Of a DNA stretch of 64,000 nucleotides, positions 31,636-42,928 are shown piece after piece. Origin of the DNA: an uncultured Planctomycetaceae bacterium (GTDB taxonomy: Bacteria; Planctomycetota; Planctomycetia; Planctomycetales; Planctomycetaceae); contig CAWFGE010000024.1 in NCBI GenBank assembly GCA_963815195.1, forward strand, positions 65,540 through 129,539, read 5' to 3'. How positions within the stretch are numbered: position 1 is the first letter of the stretch; the number at the start of each line of letters is the position of its first letter. Both the position numbers and the translations under genes were made by a program. A model generated the notes under the pieces. That model was not told the origin of the DNA and did not search any database. It was given only the letters and a program-made list of their open reading frames with translations.

Positions 31636-33958
31636 TCAGGATTTTCTTCGTTTGCGGCGTTTGCGGCCGCGCGGTGACGCGGATTTTTTTGGGGCGGATG
31701 GTTCCGGCGGTGAGATTTGGTAGGAATCGGACGGGGTGATTCCCAGCTCTTTCAGGAGGCGCTTCACATCCCCCAATCGGCCCGGTTGGACCAGAAACCA
31801 ATCCGGGGGGATGTGGCCGGCGATCAGCGGGCGAAAGGCCGGGCTGGTCGAGATCGCATCGCGGGCCTCCGTGCGGGTGACTTGAAGCAAGGGGACCTCG
31901 CCCACAAAGGCCGAGATCCGCCCGGTCCAACTTCTGAGAGCCGTCTCCAATAGCGGCGGCGTGGTGTGGGTCAGGTGCGCACCAGCCAGCTCAGCATGTG
32001 GTCGGCGGAGAGGCCTCGGCTCTTGGCGGCCGCGACGGACCGCTGCGTAACGTGCCAACCCTGTTTGTTTTTTCGGCCAGCTGCGCCAGGCGGGCTTGAG
32101 ACACGCTGTCGCGGCCTTTTGTGTCCAAATCGCCGAGTTCGCTGACGGTCCAAACTTTGGCGAGCGCGGCGGCGTGATCTTGGATCGTCCAATTCGCGAA
32201 GGCTTTCGCAGCGGCGGCGGGCGCGAGTTTTGGCAGGAGAAAAAACGACTCCCCCAACTTGCGGCCGGCGTGCCCCTGGGGCAGATCGGTCCCGGGCGGA
32301 GCCGTCGCCAAACTGATGTTGGTCCGCAGAATCAGCGACTCGCGTTTGCCCGCCCATTGCCGAATCAACTTCGCGACATTGTCGGGAAGGGGCGTTTGAC
32401 TTTGCTCGGCCAAAAACGATTGAATCTCTTCCGCAGAAAGCCCCGATTCCAAGCCGCGATAAACGCTTTCCCGGCTCAGGGCAAACGTCTGCACCAAACC
32501 GCCCGCGGAGTTTCGCTCGGCAAAGCGGGAGAGCGTATAGATCTGCCGGGCGTCGGCGTCCTTGAGATAGGCGATGACTTCGTTGTTGGGCTGCACGGTC
32601 AGGAAAGGCGTCTGCGGGCCCTGCTCGGGGATGTCGATGTCCGGAGCCCCAAACACCAGCCGGCCCAATTCCGTCAAGCGAAAGCACAGCCCGCCGGCTT
32701 CGTCGTCGGCGCGCCCGCGTTCGATGAGGCCGAGCGCCCACAACGTCACCCACAAGGCATTGGCCGCCCACTGGCCCTCGAGGCCGAGCCAAAACGCCAC
32801 CCGGCGTTCGTCCCCATCGAGTTTGTCTTTGTTCCAGAGCCGGGAAAACTCCGGCTGCCATGCATAGCTGCTCCAGTAGAAATCGATCTCATCCGTTCGG
32901 GTCACGTGCCAGAGATCGGCGAGAAATGTTTCCAGGTCGAGCCAATCGTTGTCCGTATGGGCGACGCACGATAGCGCCCACATCAAAAGTTCCCGCGCTT
33001 TCCAAAGCCGTCCCGGTTCGATGCGATCGCCGTTATAACCGCTCGAGCGGCCGGGGACCAGGCCGACGCCGTCCTGCCAAAGCGGGCTTCGCATCCAGGC
33101 CCGGACCCACTCTCGGGCCTGAACGGCGCTCGGCTCCTCGAACAGTCTCTGCAGGCGGGGCAGGTCGACCTGGCTGGATTCGAGGTCCAAGCATTCCAAT
33201 TCGAGCAAGAGTTCGTAATACAGGCATTCCCAATCGGGCGGAACCAGGGGTTGTTCCTGAGAACGGTCGGAAATCTGGTTGACTTATGCAGCCGGTTTTG
33301 ACTGGCTTTGGACAGGCGGCCGTTCTTGAGGGTTTTCCAATTTCCCATCGCCTGGAGCGACTCGGCGACTTGCCAGAGTTCCAGCGCCACCTCCGCCGAG
33401 TTGCGAAAGCCCTCGCTTTGAGCACAGGGCGGCTTGGCGGAGGATTTCCACGCCACCACAGGCGCCGGCGGAAGATGCCCATGCAGTTCGGGATGCAAGC
33501 TCAATTGGGGATAGGGCGCGCGATACGACCAGGACTGATAGCCGCCGAAATAACCGCTGGGAAAAACGAGGAGCAGCTTATCCTGGAGACTCGAGACCTT
33601 TTCGTTTCGCGCGAGAGGAGTACCGGGAGTATCGGGAGTCCGCTTCGTCCGGTTCACTCAAGCCCCGCGCTTCGAGTTCCACCGCGAGGAGCGCCCCGGA
33701 AACCGTGGGTCCGAATCGGCTGTAGATCCCCAAAATCGTCCGTTCCGCCGAGGGCAATTTGCGCACCGCCTCCCGCACGGTTTCCGGTTCGCGAAACACT
33801 TCGATCAGGGCGGCGAGACATTCGGCCTTGCGCAATTTCGCCGCGTCCTTGCCCACCCAAAACCGGGCCAATTTTTTTAGCTGATCCGCGCCGCAACGCT
33901 CCAAGTGAATTTCCGTCGGAATTTCCCGGCAGAGCACCGATGCCAGCTTCACTTCCAT
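31636..33958 (-). CDS. Large helicase-associated (XPB N-terminal/Helicase_C_3-like) domain protein, split into four ORFs
   Basis: FLTVQPNNEVIAY...LSRFAE...FALSRESVYRGLESGLSAEEIQSFLAEQSQTPLPDNV..IRQW; second copy WHVTQRSVAAAKSRGLSADHMLSWL...PPLLETALRSW. Confidence 0.75.
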
Positions 33959-34245
33959 TCTCCTTCCAAGCGCTTCGGCGTGTGGCCTCCCGCGAGCAGG
34001 GCGTCTTCCAAGGCTTTGGCTTGTCCCGGGTCCACAACCGCCGCGGTGTCCGAGAGCCGCGCCAACAGAAACCGGCGGATTTTCGGATCGGCCGCCAGTT
34101 CCGCCAACTGGCTGATCTCGGCCACTTCCAACACCGCCGCGCTCAGATGAATCTCCGGCTGCTCCGAACTCAAAAGCGGCAACAGCTCATCCAGCGTTCC
34201 GCGAGCTTTGGCTTCGGGAGATTTGGCTACGCGCTTTCGTCCCAT
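33949..34245 (-). CDS. Small hypothetical protein resembling the C-terminal subdomain of helicase-associated proteins
   Basis: AAVLEVAE...LAADPKIRRFLLARLSDTAAVVDP...LLAGGHTP; overlaps both neighbours. Confidence 0.65.
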   Translation of the reverse strand: MGRKRVAKSPEAKARGTLDELLPLLSSEQPEIHLSAAVLEVAEISQLAELAADPKIRRFLLARLSDTAAVVDPGQAKALEDALLAGGHTPKRLEGEWK

Positions 34246-35932
34246 CGCACTTGACCTGACTCCAAATCGTGGATTTTGTATTGATACCCCTGTTCCGTCA
34301 AAAACAGTTGCCGGTTGAGGGCAAACTCCTGCTCGACGGTGTCCCGGCTGACCAGCGTGTAAAACGTGGCCTGGTTCGCGCCCGGCTTCGGGCGGAGAAT
34401 TCGCCCAGCCGCTGGGCCTCTTCCTGCCGGGATCCATACGTTCCCGAGATTTGAACGGCCACCGAGGCGTCCGGCAAGTCCACCGCGAAATTGGCGACTT
34501 TCGACACCGCCAAATGCTTGAGCGTGCCTTCCCGAAACTGCTGGAACAACTCGTCCCGGCGGCCCTGCCTGGTGGAACCGGTGAGCACGGGGATCTCGAG
34601 CTCCTGGGCCAGCTCGCGAAGCTGCTCCACATACATCCCGATGATCAACACCTGGTCGTCGGCGTGCCGCCTCAAGAGTTCCCGCACCACATCCGACTTG
34701 GCGGGGTTCTCCGAAGCCAGGCGGAACTTTTGCCGCTTGGGTGTGACGGCGTAATCCATCCGCAGTTCCTCAGGCAGCGGCAGGCGGATTTCGTGGCAGA
34801 CCGCCTCGGCGATAAAGCCTTGATGCTCGAGCACCTTCCAGGGCACGTCCACTTTTTTGGGGCCGATCAAGGCGAACACATCGTCCTCGCGGCCGTCTTC
34901 GCGAACCAGGGTCGCGGTGAGGCCCAATCGCCGGCGGGCCTGGAGACCCGCGGTCGCCTGGAACACCGGAGCCGGGAGGAGATGCACCTCGTCATAGATG
35001 ATGAGCCCCCAATTGCGGCCGTCGAACAAATGCAGATGCTCGAACTCGCCCTCCCGGCTGGCGCGCCAGGTGAGAACATTATAAGTCGCCACGGTCACGG
35101 GGCGGATGTCCTTCGTTCGCCCGCTGTACTCGGCGATGTCGTCTTCCGCCAGGTCGGTCTTGTCGAGAATCTCCGCAATCCATTGCCGGGTCGAGGTGAG
35201 GTTGGTCGTGAGGATCAACGTCGAAGCCTGGACTTCCGCCATGCACGCCAAGCCCACGATGGTTTTGCCCGCCCCGCAGGGCAGCACAATCACCCCGGAC
35301 CCGCCGCGGTCCGTTCCGCCCGCGTAGAAGATCTCCGCCGCCTCCTCTTGGTAGTCCCGCAGACGAAACGGGACGCCGCCCGGGGTGGAATCCTTCAGCG
35401 AAATCGGCATCGGTTCGCCGGGCACATAACCGGCCAGGTCCTCCACCGGCCAGCCGACTTTGATCAGAACCTGCTTGAGCCGTCCCCGCTTGAGCGCATC
35501 GACCGCAAACTCGCTGGGCGAGAGCCGCGCTCCCAACATCTGGGCCACTTCGCTTTGCCGAGAAAGTTCTTCCGCAAGCGGCCGGTCGCCCAGGACGAGC
35601 CGCAACCCGTGGTTCGGATCGCGGACCAGTTGCACTTTGCCGAAACGGGCGGCGTAGTCGCCGATCTCCGACTCGACATGCTGCGGCACATCGTATTTGG
35701 CCAGATCGTGGAGGGTCTCCACGATCTCCCCCGCCGACATCCCCGCCGCACAGGCATTCCAGATCGAAAGCGGCGTGATGCGGTAGGTGTGGACGTACTC
35801 GGGCGATTTGACCAACTCCGCAAACCGGGCCAAGGCGTCGCGGGCCTCCCCATAGCGGGGGCTTTGAACTTCGACCAGAACGGTAAAGTCGCTCTGAATA
35901 ATGAGCGGGTTTTCCAAAGACGACATAGGCAC
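34227..35932 (-). CDS. xpb: Bacterial XPB (Ssl2/Rad25) DNA helicase, frameshift near 34400
   Basis: NPLIIQSDFTVLVEV, KSPEYVHTYRITPLSIWNA, LPCGAGKT, DEVH, LGLTATLVREDG, GSRQEEAQRLG then in the shifted frame ILRPK...FLTEQGYQY. Confidence 0.95.
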
Positions 35933-36043
35933 GGGAGAGAGATTGGAAGGAACGTCGGGGGGACCCTAACCGCGGCGAGAAAAATGCATCCTCGTCAAAA
36001 CGATTTGACCTGGAAACCCAATTCCCGGCAGCGCGCGATGAAA

Positions 36044-37238
36044 TTATACGGATCGGAAGCTGCTCTTGATCAGCAGATAGCCCGGGGGCGGCTTGGTTTC
36101 GAGGTAGTTTTTGAGGCGGGGATGGGATCGGATCGCCTCCAGCACCTCGGCGTTTTCCGGCTGGAGAATGGCACTGCAGCCTTGAATCCGCACGGTGCCG
36201 GTGGCCAGCTTGGATTTACCCTTCAAAAAGTGCTCCACCGTGTCCGGCCAGGGCGCAAGATCGGCCAGCACCTCCTGGAGTTCGTCCGCCGCGGAGGTTT
36301 CCGAGGGGAGAATCGTCATCTGTTTTTTGTTGAGCTGAAACTCGAGCACCCGGTCGATCCGGCGGACTTTGCAATAGCGAAACAAGGGCACCAGCTTGTC
36401 CGGCCCCCAATCCGCCCCCACCAGAATCGACCGGTCCGCCTGCACCTGGAAATCCTTCACCAGCGGCGCCGGCTTTCGCTTCTTCGGCTTTTCGATGCCG
36501 AGCATCAGGCGGGCGACCTGATTTAAGTAAATCCATTTGGGCTTCTTGGCATCATCCACGTAAGCCCAGTAGCACAGATAGAGTGCGTCCAACATCGCCT
36601 CGCGGCCTTTTTCATCCAGCCAACGCTCCCAATCCGAAATCTCATCCTCCGCCAAGGCTTCCCCCAAGTCTTTGGCGAGGCGTTTGAGATCCTGTTTCGG
36701 AAGCTGGCTGAAGTCGTAGAGCACTTGCCCGAAGGATTTTTCTTCCACAGCCAGCCCCTCGAACGCCTTAGCAAAGAGCATCAGAAAAACGTCCAAGCGC
36801 GAGTTTTTACTGAGCGTGGGCCGCGAGCCTTTGTAGCCTGTTAAATCCTCCATCAAAGTCACAAACGCCGTGCGGCTCGCCTCACCGAGTCCCGCCAGAT
36901 CCCGGTTCCAAAAGGCCTCCGCGCATTCTCCCGGTACGTAATTGCCTCGGTATCGAGCGGGTTTCAGGATCTTGCCCGCCACGAAAAACCGGCCCGTTTG
37001 CTCGAAGAGGTACGGGTTGAAATTCGCCTCTTTACACAGCCGATACGCATCCGTCATGTTCGGATTGCCATCTGATTTTCGCTTTCACACGTCCCGAAAG
37101 CAGCATCGCCGCCACCGCCCGCTGCCAGTATTCGGTATAGGGAACCCGGGGCTCGTCCTCGGTCGATTCGGAAACCAGATCCTTGACGAGTTTCGTGGAT
37201 TGCTGTTTGACAAACTGCTTAATGGATTGGGGAATCAT
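36044..37238 (-). CDS. Hypothetical protein with C-terminal helicase-associated-like region, frameshift near 37070
   Basis: ORFs 37032-37238 and 36044-37057; FQVQADRSILVG...LVPLFRYCKVRRIDRVLEFQL resembles Helicase_C_3; first gene of the xpb run. Confidence 0.6.
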
Positions 37239-37666
37239 TTTTGACCCGGAGAAAATCGCTGTGTCTGGGGTGTCCTTCGCCGCCCCGCGTGATCATGGCA
37301 AAGCTCGGGGCGTCTTTCAATGCCTGACGGCGCGGAGACCGAGCCGATCGGCCCGGTGCATTGTTTTTTGAGCGCCGCCCATTTCTTGGGAGGCAGCGTG
37401 GAAATTTCGACCGAGACGTTGTAGAGTTCGCTGCCGTTGACGATGGCTTCGATCAGGCCTTTCCCGATCTCCAGATGGCAGACCGAGCCGTTTCTGACGA
37501 GAACGCCGAAGGCGGGGGCTGTTGCCTGACGAAGTTTCCCGATTTATGCGAAAATGCCATCTGTTCCCGTGGGAAACCGAGCGCCGGAGCGTCGCGGACT
37601 GCGGAAGGGTCGGCTTCGCGGGGGGTTCCGGGAAGGCGGTTTGTTGTCATGTGAAATGGAGTCTCC

Positions 37667-40600
37667 ATGTCTCAAGCAACTTTGATCAAGAAATATAACG
37701 CACTCGACAGCTCGTCCAAGGGTATGCTGCAAACGCTGGCTTTGTTGGATGTCCCCTTGCGCCGCACGGATATGGGACGTCTCGTGAAAGACGCGGGCGC
37801 GACCGACGCGAAGGGAAAAAAGATCACCCAGAAAGCCGTCAGCCAATCGATCGACAAACTGCTGAAGGCCGAGATGCTGGTTTCGCCCTGGCATGGGAAT
37901 TATGACATCAATCCCGAAATCCAGGACTGGGCCATTCAGGACTCGATCCGCACGGGGGCGTTTTCCGAGCTGTGCGCGGGCGTGGAGAAACAGATCTCCG
38001 ACCGCTATTACTACTACAGTTCCGGGAATGGGGTGGAACGGCAGTTGCGGATTGCGTTTTACAAAGGCGACGTGGAGCAGGTTCGCTCGCTTCTGGGCCG
38101 GCGGAACCTGGCCGATTATGTGCGGGTGCTCAATCCGTTCGACCGGCGCCTTTTCGACAACTTGAATCCCGCTTCAGAAATTGTTCTTGATCGAAGCGGT
38201 GCCGTCGGTGATTTACAAACCCGACGGGAAAGCGGATCGGGACCTGGCGGCGGCGTTCGACGACTGGATGGCGAAAGACGCCTCGCCGGAGAGCCAGCTT
38301 CTGGCGGCGAGCCTGGACCTGGCCCTCGCGCGGGGCGACATTCCGGCGATTGAGCGGCTGGACGAAGACACGGGCGCAAACTGCCCGAGGTGGCCGGTTG
38401 CCTGGCGCGTTTGCGCGGCGACTTCGAGCAGGCCGAAGCGAATTTCGCGTCCGTTCTGACGGCGGCCAAGCGGAAGAGCAAGCTGGGAGCGGCGGGGCAT
38501 TTGCCGGCGATTTTCGAAATGCTGCTCCTGCTGAAAGTCGGCACGCCCGCGGCTTTGGCGAAGGCGGGAACCCTTGCCAATTCCGCGACCAAAGGTCAGA
38601 ACCGGTTCTATCAGTACGAGGTCGCCGTGGTCAGGGAGGCCATCCGCTTTCGCGAGTCCCCTTCGTCCCCCGCCCGGCTGGCCGCAGGTTTGGACGAACT
38701 CGCCAGGTTTCCGCTCGAGACGCTCCTCGCCGGCTACCTCGCGCAGTGGTTTTTGACGGAGGAGGACTCGAACTTCCACGTGAAGAACCTCACTCAGTCG
38801 GCGTCGGCGTTCGAGTCGGTGGGTCTGGATTGGCTCGCCGCCGAGGCGTATGCCCTCGCCGGGCGGTCGCCGTTGAAGACCGCGGCCGATCAGGCTCAAA
38901 AGAGCGGGGAGATTCACGCGCGATTGAAGACAGCGAGCCTCGCGGATCTCATCGAGCCGGAGCCCCTCTGGCAGCAGTCGCTCGCGGCGATTGCCCGGCT
39001 GGCCGAGGGGGACGCGCCCGCGTCCGCAGCGGCGGAAACAAGCGAACGGCTGATCTGGGAATGGGATCCGCGGCATGGCAGCATTCATCTCGAGCCCTAC
39101 CAGCAAAAACGCACGTCGAGCGGCTGGACCAAGGGCCGCAAAGTCTCGCTGGCCCGGCTTTATGCCGGGTATAACGAACCGGATTTCGCTTTTGTCACGG
39201 ACGAGGACCGGGCGATTTGCCGCTCTTTGGAGATGCACTCCGAACGGAACTACTACGGCTATTCGGAAACTTACGTTGACTTTCAGGATCTGCGCGCGGC
39301 GCGGGCTCTCGTGGGGCACCCGCGGATTTTTCCCGCGGGGGATCGGGAGAATCCGTTCGAGATCGTCGAGCAGTCGCCGAAGCTTACCATCGTCGAGGAC
39401 GACACAAAGCACATCCGCGTGTCGCTCGATCCCTCGCCCAAGCGAAACGACGAAGCCTTCCGCGTGGTCAAGGACGGGCCCCACCGCGTGGCGATCGTGT
39501 TTTTCAGTGATCGGCATATGAAGCTGCACCAGATTCTGGGCGGGGAACTCAAAGTGCCCGCCAAGGCGGCCGCGCAGGTCGTCCAGGCGATCCAGCCGGT
39601 CACGTCGCTGGTCACGGTGCAATCGGAGATCGGGGGCGAGGGCCTTGCCGGGGAACGCGTCGATGCCGACGCCCGGCCGCACGTGCATTTGCTGCCCTAT
39701 CAAAGCGGGCTGCGGATCGAGTTCTTCATCCGGCCGTTCGGCGAAGCGGGCCCATTTTGCCGGCCGGGACAGGGCGGGGCGAACGTGTTCGCCAACATCG
39801 ACGGCCGGGCCCTGACCGCGCGGCGGGATCTGGCCGAGGAACAGAAGCGTCTCGACGAGTTGATCGCGGCCTGCCCGGACATCGCCGCCCGGCTGGAGCA
39901 GGGCGAATCGATCTACTTCCCCACGCCGATTGAGGCCCTGGAGGCGCTGCTTCAATTGGAGGACCTGTTCGCCAAGGACCGGATCGTGATGCATTGGCCG
40001 CAAGGCCGAACGTTGAACCTGGCCGGCCGGGCGGCGGCGAAGCAGTTCCGGCTGCAAATTCGCAAGGACCGCGACTGGTTCGCCGCGTCGGGCGACCTGA
40101 AAGTGGACCCGTCGCTGTCGCTCGATCTCATGCAGTTGATCGATCTCGTCGAGGCGAGCCCCGGGCGGTTCGTCCAGCTCGATGACGGGCGGTTCCTCGC
40201 CCTCACCGAGCAGCTCCGCGACCGGATCGAGGAACTCGCCGCGTACGGTGATCGGCGGGGCAAACAGAACAAGCTGCGGTTTCCCCCGCGCGGGCCATCG
40301 CGCTCGAAGACTTGGGGGACTCGGTCACCCTCAAAGCGGACAAGACCTGGAAGGACTGGATCGGCCGGCTGCACAAGGCGTCGGAAGTCGAGCCGGAAGT
40401 GCCCTCGACGCTCCAGACCGAACTCCGCGACTATCAGCAGGAAGGCTTTTCGTGGCTGGCCCGGCTGGCGGCGTGGGGCATGGGCGGATGCCTCGCCGAC
40501 GACATGGGGCTCGGGAAAACCATCCAGGCGCTCGCCCTGCTTTTGGACCGCGCCGCCGGCGGCCCGGCGCTCGTTGTCGCTCCGACCTCCGTGGCTTTCA

Positions 40601-41787
40601 ACTGGAAGAACGAAGTCCTGCAATTTGCTCCAACGTTAAATGCCCATCTCTTCGGAGAGGAAGACCGGGCCGAGGTCATCAAGAACCTGGGCCCGCGGGA
40701 TCTCGTGATTTGCAGCTACGGGCTCTTGCACACCGAGTCCAAACGGCTCCAAGCGCAAGCCTGGCACACGGTGGTCCTCGACGAAGCCCAGGCGATCAAG
40801 AACATGGCCACGCTCCGCTCGCAGGCCGCCAAGCGACTGACTGCCGACTTCCGGCTGATCATGACCGGCACGCCTTTGGAAAATCATCTGGGCGAGTTGT
40901 GGAACCTGTTCGAATTCATCAACCCCGGGCTGTTGGGCTCGCTCGAAAAATTTCAGCAGCGGTTCGCCGGTCCGATCGAACGCGACGGCTCGCGCGAAGC
41001 GCGTCGGCGGCTGAAAAAGCTGATTCAGCCGTTTCTCCTCCGCCGGACCAAGTCGCAGGTGCTCACGGAACTGCCCTCGCGCACCGAAGTCACGCTGACG
41101 GTCGAACTCAGCGACGAAGAGGCGGCGCTTTACGAAGCCTTCCGGCAGCGGGCGCTCAAGAAATTCGCCGGCGCCGGCGACGCCAGGTCGCAGCATCTGC
41201 AGATCCTCGCCGAGATCATGAAATTGCGGCGGGCCTGCTGCCATCCCCGGCTCGTGCTCGGCGACTCGGAGATTCGCGGATCGAAGCTGGCGTTGTTCTC
41301 GGAGACCTTGGACGAGATTCTCGATAACCATCACAAGGTGCTCGTCTTCAGCCAGTTTGTCGACCACCTGGCGATTCTCCGCGAGGAACTGGACCGCAAA
41401 GGCGTCTCCTACCAGTATCTCGACGGCAGCACGCCCGCCCGCCAGCGGAAGCAGCGCGTGGAAGCCTTCCAGGCGGGCGAAGGCGACGTGTTTCTGATCA
41501 GCCTCAAAGCCGGCGGCCTGGGCCTCAACCTGACGGCGGCCGACTATGTGATCCACATGGACCCCTGGTGGAACCCGGCCGTCGAGGACCAGGCCTCCGA
41601 CCGCGCCCACCGCCTGGGCCAACAGCGGCCGGTGACGATTTACCGCTTCATCACGAAAGGCACGATCGAGGAACGCATCACAAAGCTCCACGCCAGCAAA
41701 CGCGACCTGGCCGACAGCCTCCTGGAAGGCGCCGACGTCACCGGCAAACTCTCCGCGGACGAATTGCTCAAACTCATCCGCGAATAA
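37667..41787 (+). CDS. SNF2/SWI2-family helicase, split into four ORFs by frameshifts
   Basis: LRDYQQEGFSWL, CLADDMGLGKT, DEAQAIKN, TGTPLENHLGELW, FSQF, SLKAGGLGLNLTAAD, DPWWNPAVEDQASDRAHRLGQ. Confidence 0.95.
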
Positions 41788-41791
41788 CCGC
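41736..41791 (+). repeat. Left copy of a 56-bp direct repeat (3' end of the SNF2 gene)
   Basis: cgtcaccggcaaactctccgcggacgaattgctcaaactcatccgcgaataaccgc; 52/56 identical to 50886-50941. Confidence 0.93.
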
Positions 41792-41857
41792 CGACTGAGC
41801 GGATCCGGCCAGTTCGCGGGAAGTCGCATCGGGCGACTTTGTGACCAAATACCAACA

Positions 41858-42928
41858 CTACCAAAGCCCGTGGACGCCGAAGAACGGGGCCAATGTGAAT
41901 CCGTGCTTTTGCGCCATCGCCCAGATTTCCTCGATTCGCTCGGGAACGATGTTTCCGCGGCCTTGGGAAAACGGCTCGTAGCGGCCCTCGAGTGCCAAGA
42001 GTCCCGCTTCCAGCATGCAGCCGTGCACAATGTTCGGTTGGGGGAAACCGTAGTAGGTCAACCGCAGGTCGGGTCCGGACAGAATTTCGCCCCGAACACA
42101 GCCCAGGCCGCCGAAGAACAACCGCCGACTTGACGGCGCGGAGGTTCCCGCGGCGATGTTTCTGGGATAAGCCGCATCGCAGATCAAGGCGTCCGCCTTG
42201 AAATCCGAGAGGGGAAGTTCTGGCCCCGGCAGACTCGCCGCGGCAAGGACGATGTCCCCCATCGGCAGGAACGCGCGGAGATCGGTGGAGCACTCGACGG
42301 CCGCCGGGCTGCGTTTCAGTTCCGCGGCCAGGATTTCCAAACGAGCCGGGTTTCGCGCGACGAGAAGCAATCGGCCCGCCGTCTGTGCCAAATACCGAGC
42401 GCAGCCGCTCCCAACATCGCCGGTCGCTCCCACAATCAATACGCTGGACCGGCTGAGATCCCGGCCCGTCCGACGAGCGGCCGCTTCGAGGCCCTTGACA
42501 ATTAAGGCGGCCGTCAGCGTGTTGCCTGTGGTGAGCGCGGTCTTCACTCCATCGAGCGAGACGTTCTCCGATTCGAGCGCGATCGAGGTGAATCCGCCCA
42601 GAGCCGCGATCCCTGCCCCTTCCCTCTCGGCGGCGGCCACAGCGGAGCGGGTCTTCTCGACGATCGTTTTGAAAGACCGTGCCGCGAGCTGATCCGGCGT
42701 GATGAAGGTTTCGATATAGGCCCCGCGCGCTTCGTGGCCCAGACGCGATTGAATCTTGAACCGCGACACCGTCCGCGGGGGAATCCACGAAACGAATCTC
42801 GTCCACCTCGGAATCCGGCACCGCGGGGAGATGCGGGCGCGAAGTTCGCGGAGCAGGCGCGCGAGCTTCCCGCCGCAATCGACGTGGCCGATCATGGCGA
42901 AATCTACACGGGCAGATTGGCGATCCAT
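41858..42928 (-). CDS. aar: Long-chain acyl-ACP reductase (aldehyde-forming, AAR)-like protein; start uncertain (42928 or 42895)
   Basis: FAMIGH, ALGGFTSI, TTGNTLTA, GATGDVGS, DAAYPRN, HGCMLEAGLLALEG...FSQGRGNI...KHGF match cyanobacterial AAR motifs including the catalytic Cys. Confidence 0.88.
   Translation of the reverse strand: MDRQSARVDFAMIGHVDCGGKLARLLRELRARISPRCRIPRWTRFVSWIPPRTVSRFKIQSRLGHEARGAYIETFITPDQLAARSFKTIVEKTRSAVAAAEREGAGIAALGGFTSIALESENVSLDGVKTALTTGNTLTAALIVKGLEAAARRTGRDLSRSSVLIVGATGDVGSGCARYLAQTAGRLLLVARNPARLEILAAELKRSPAAVECSTDLRAFLPMGDIVLAAASLPGPELPLSDFKADALICDAAYPRNIAAGTSAPSSRRLFFGGLGCVRGEILSGPDLRLTYYGFPQPNIVHGCMLEAGLLALEGRYEPFSQGRGNIVPERIEEIWAMAQKHGFTLAPFFGVHGLW

Noticed and set aside
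34380..34420. Programmed frameshifting in xpb or other split genes
   Set aside because: No slippery heptamer noticed; indels are widespread and better explained by sequencing error
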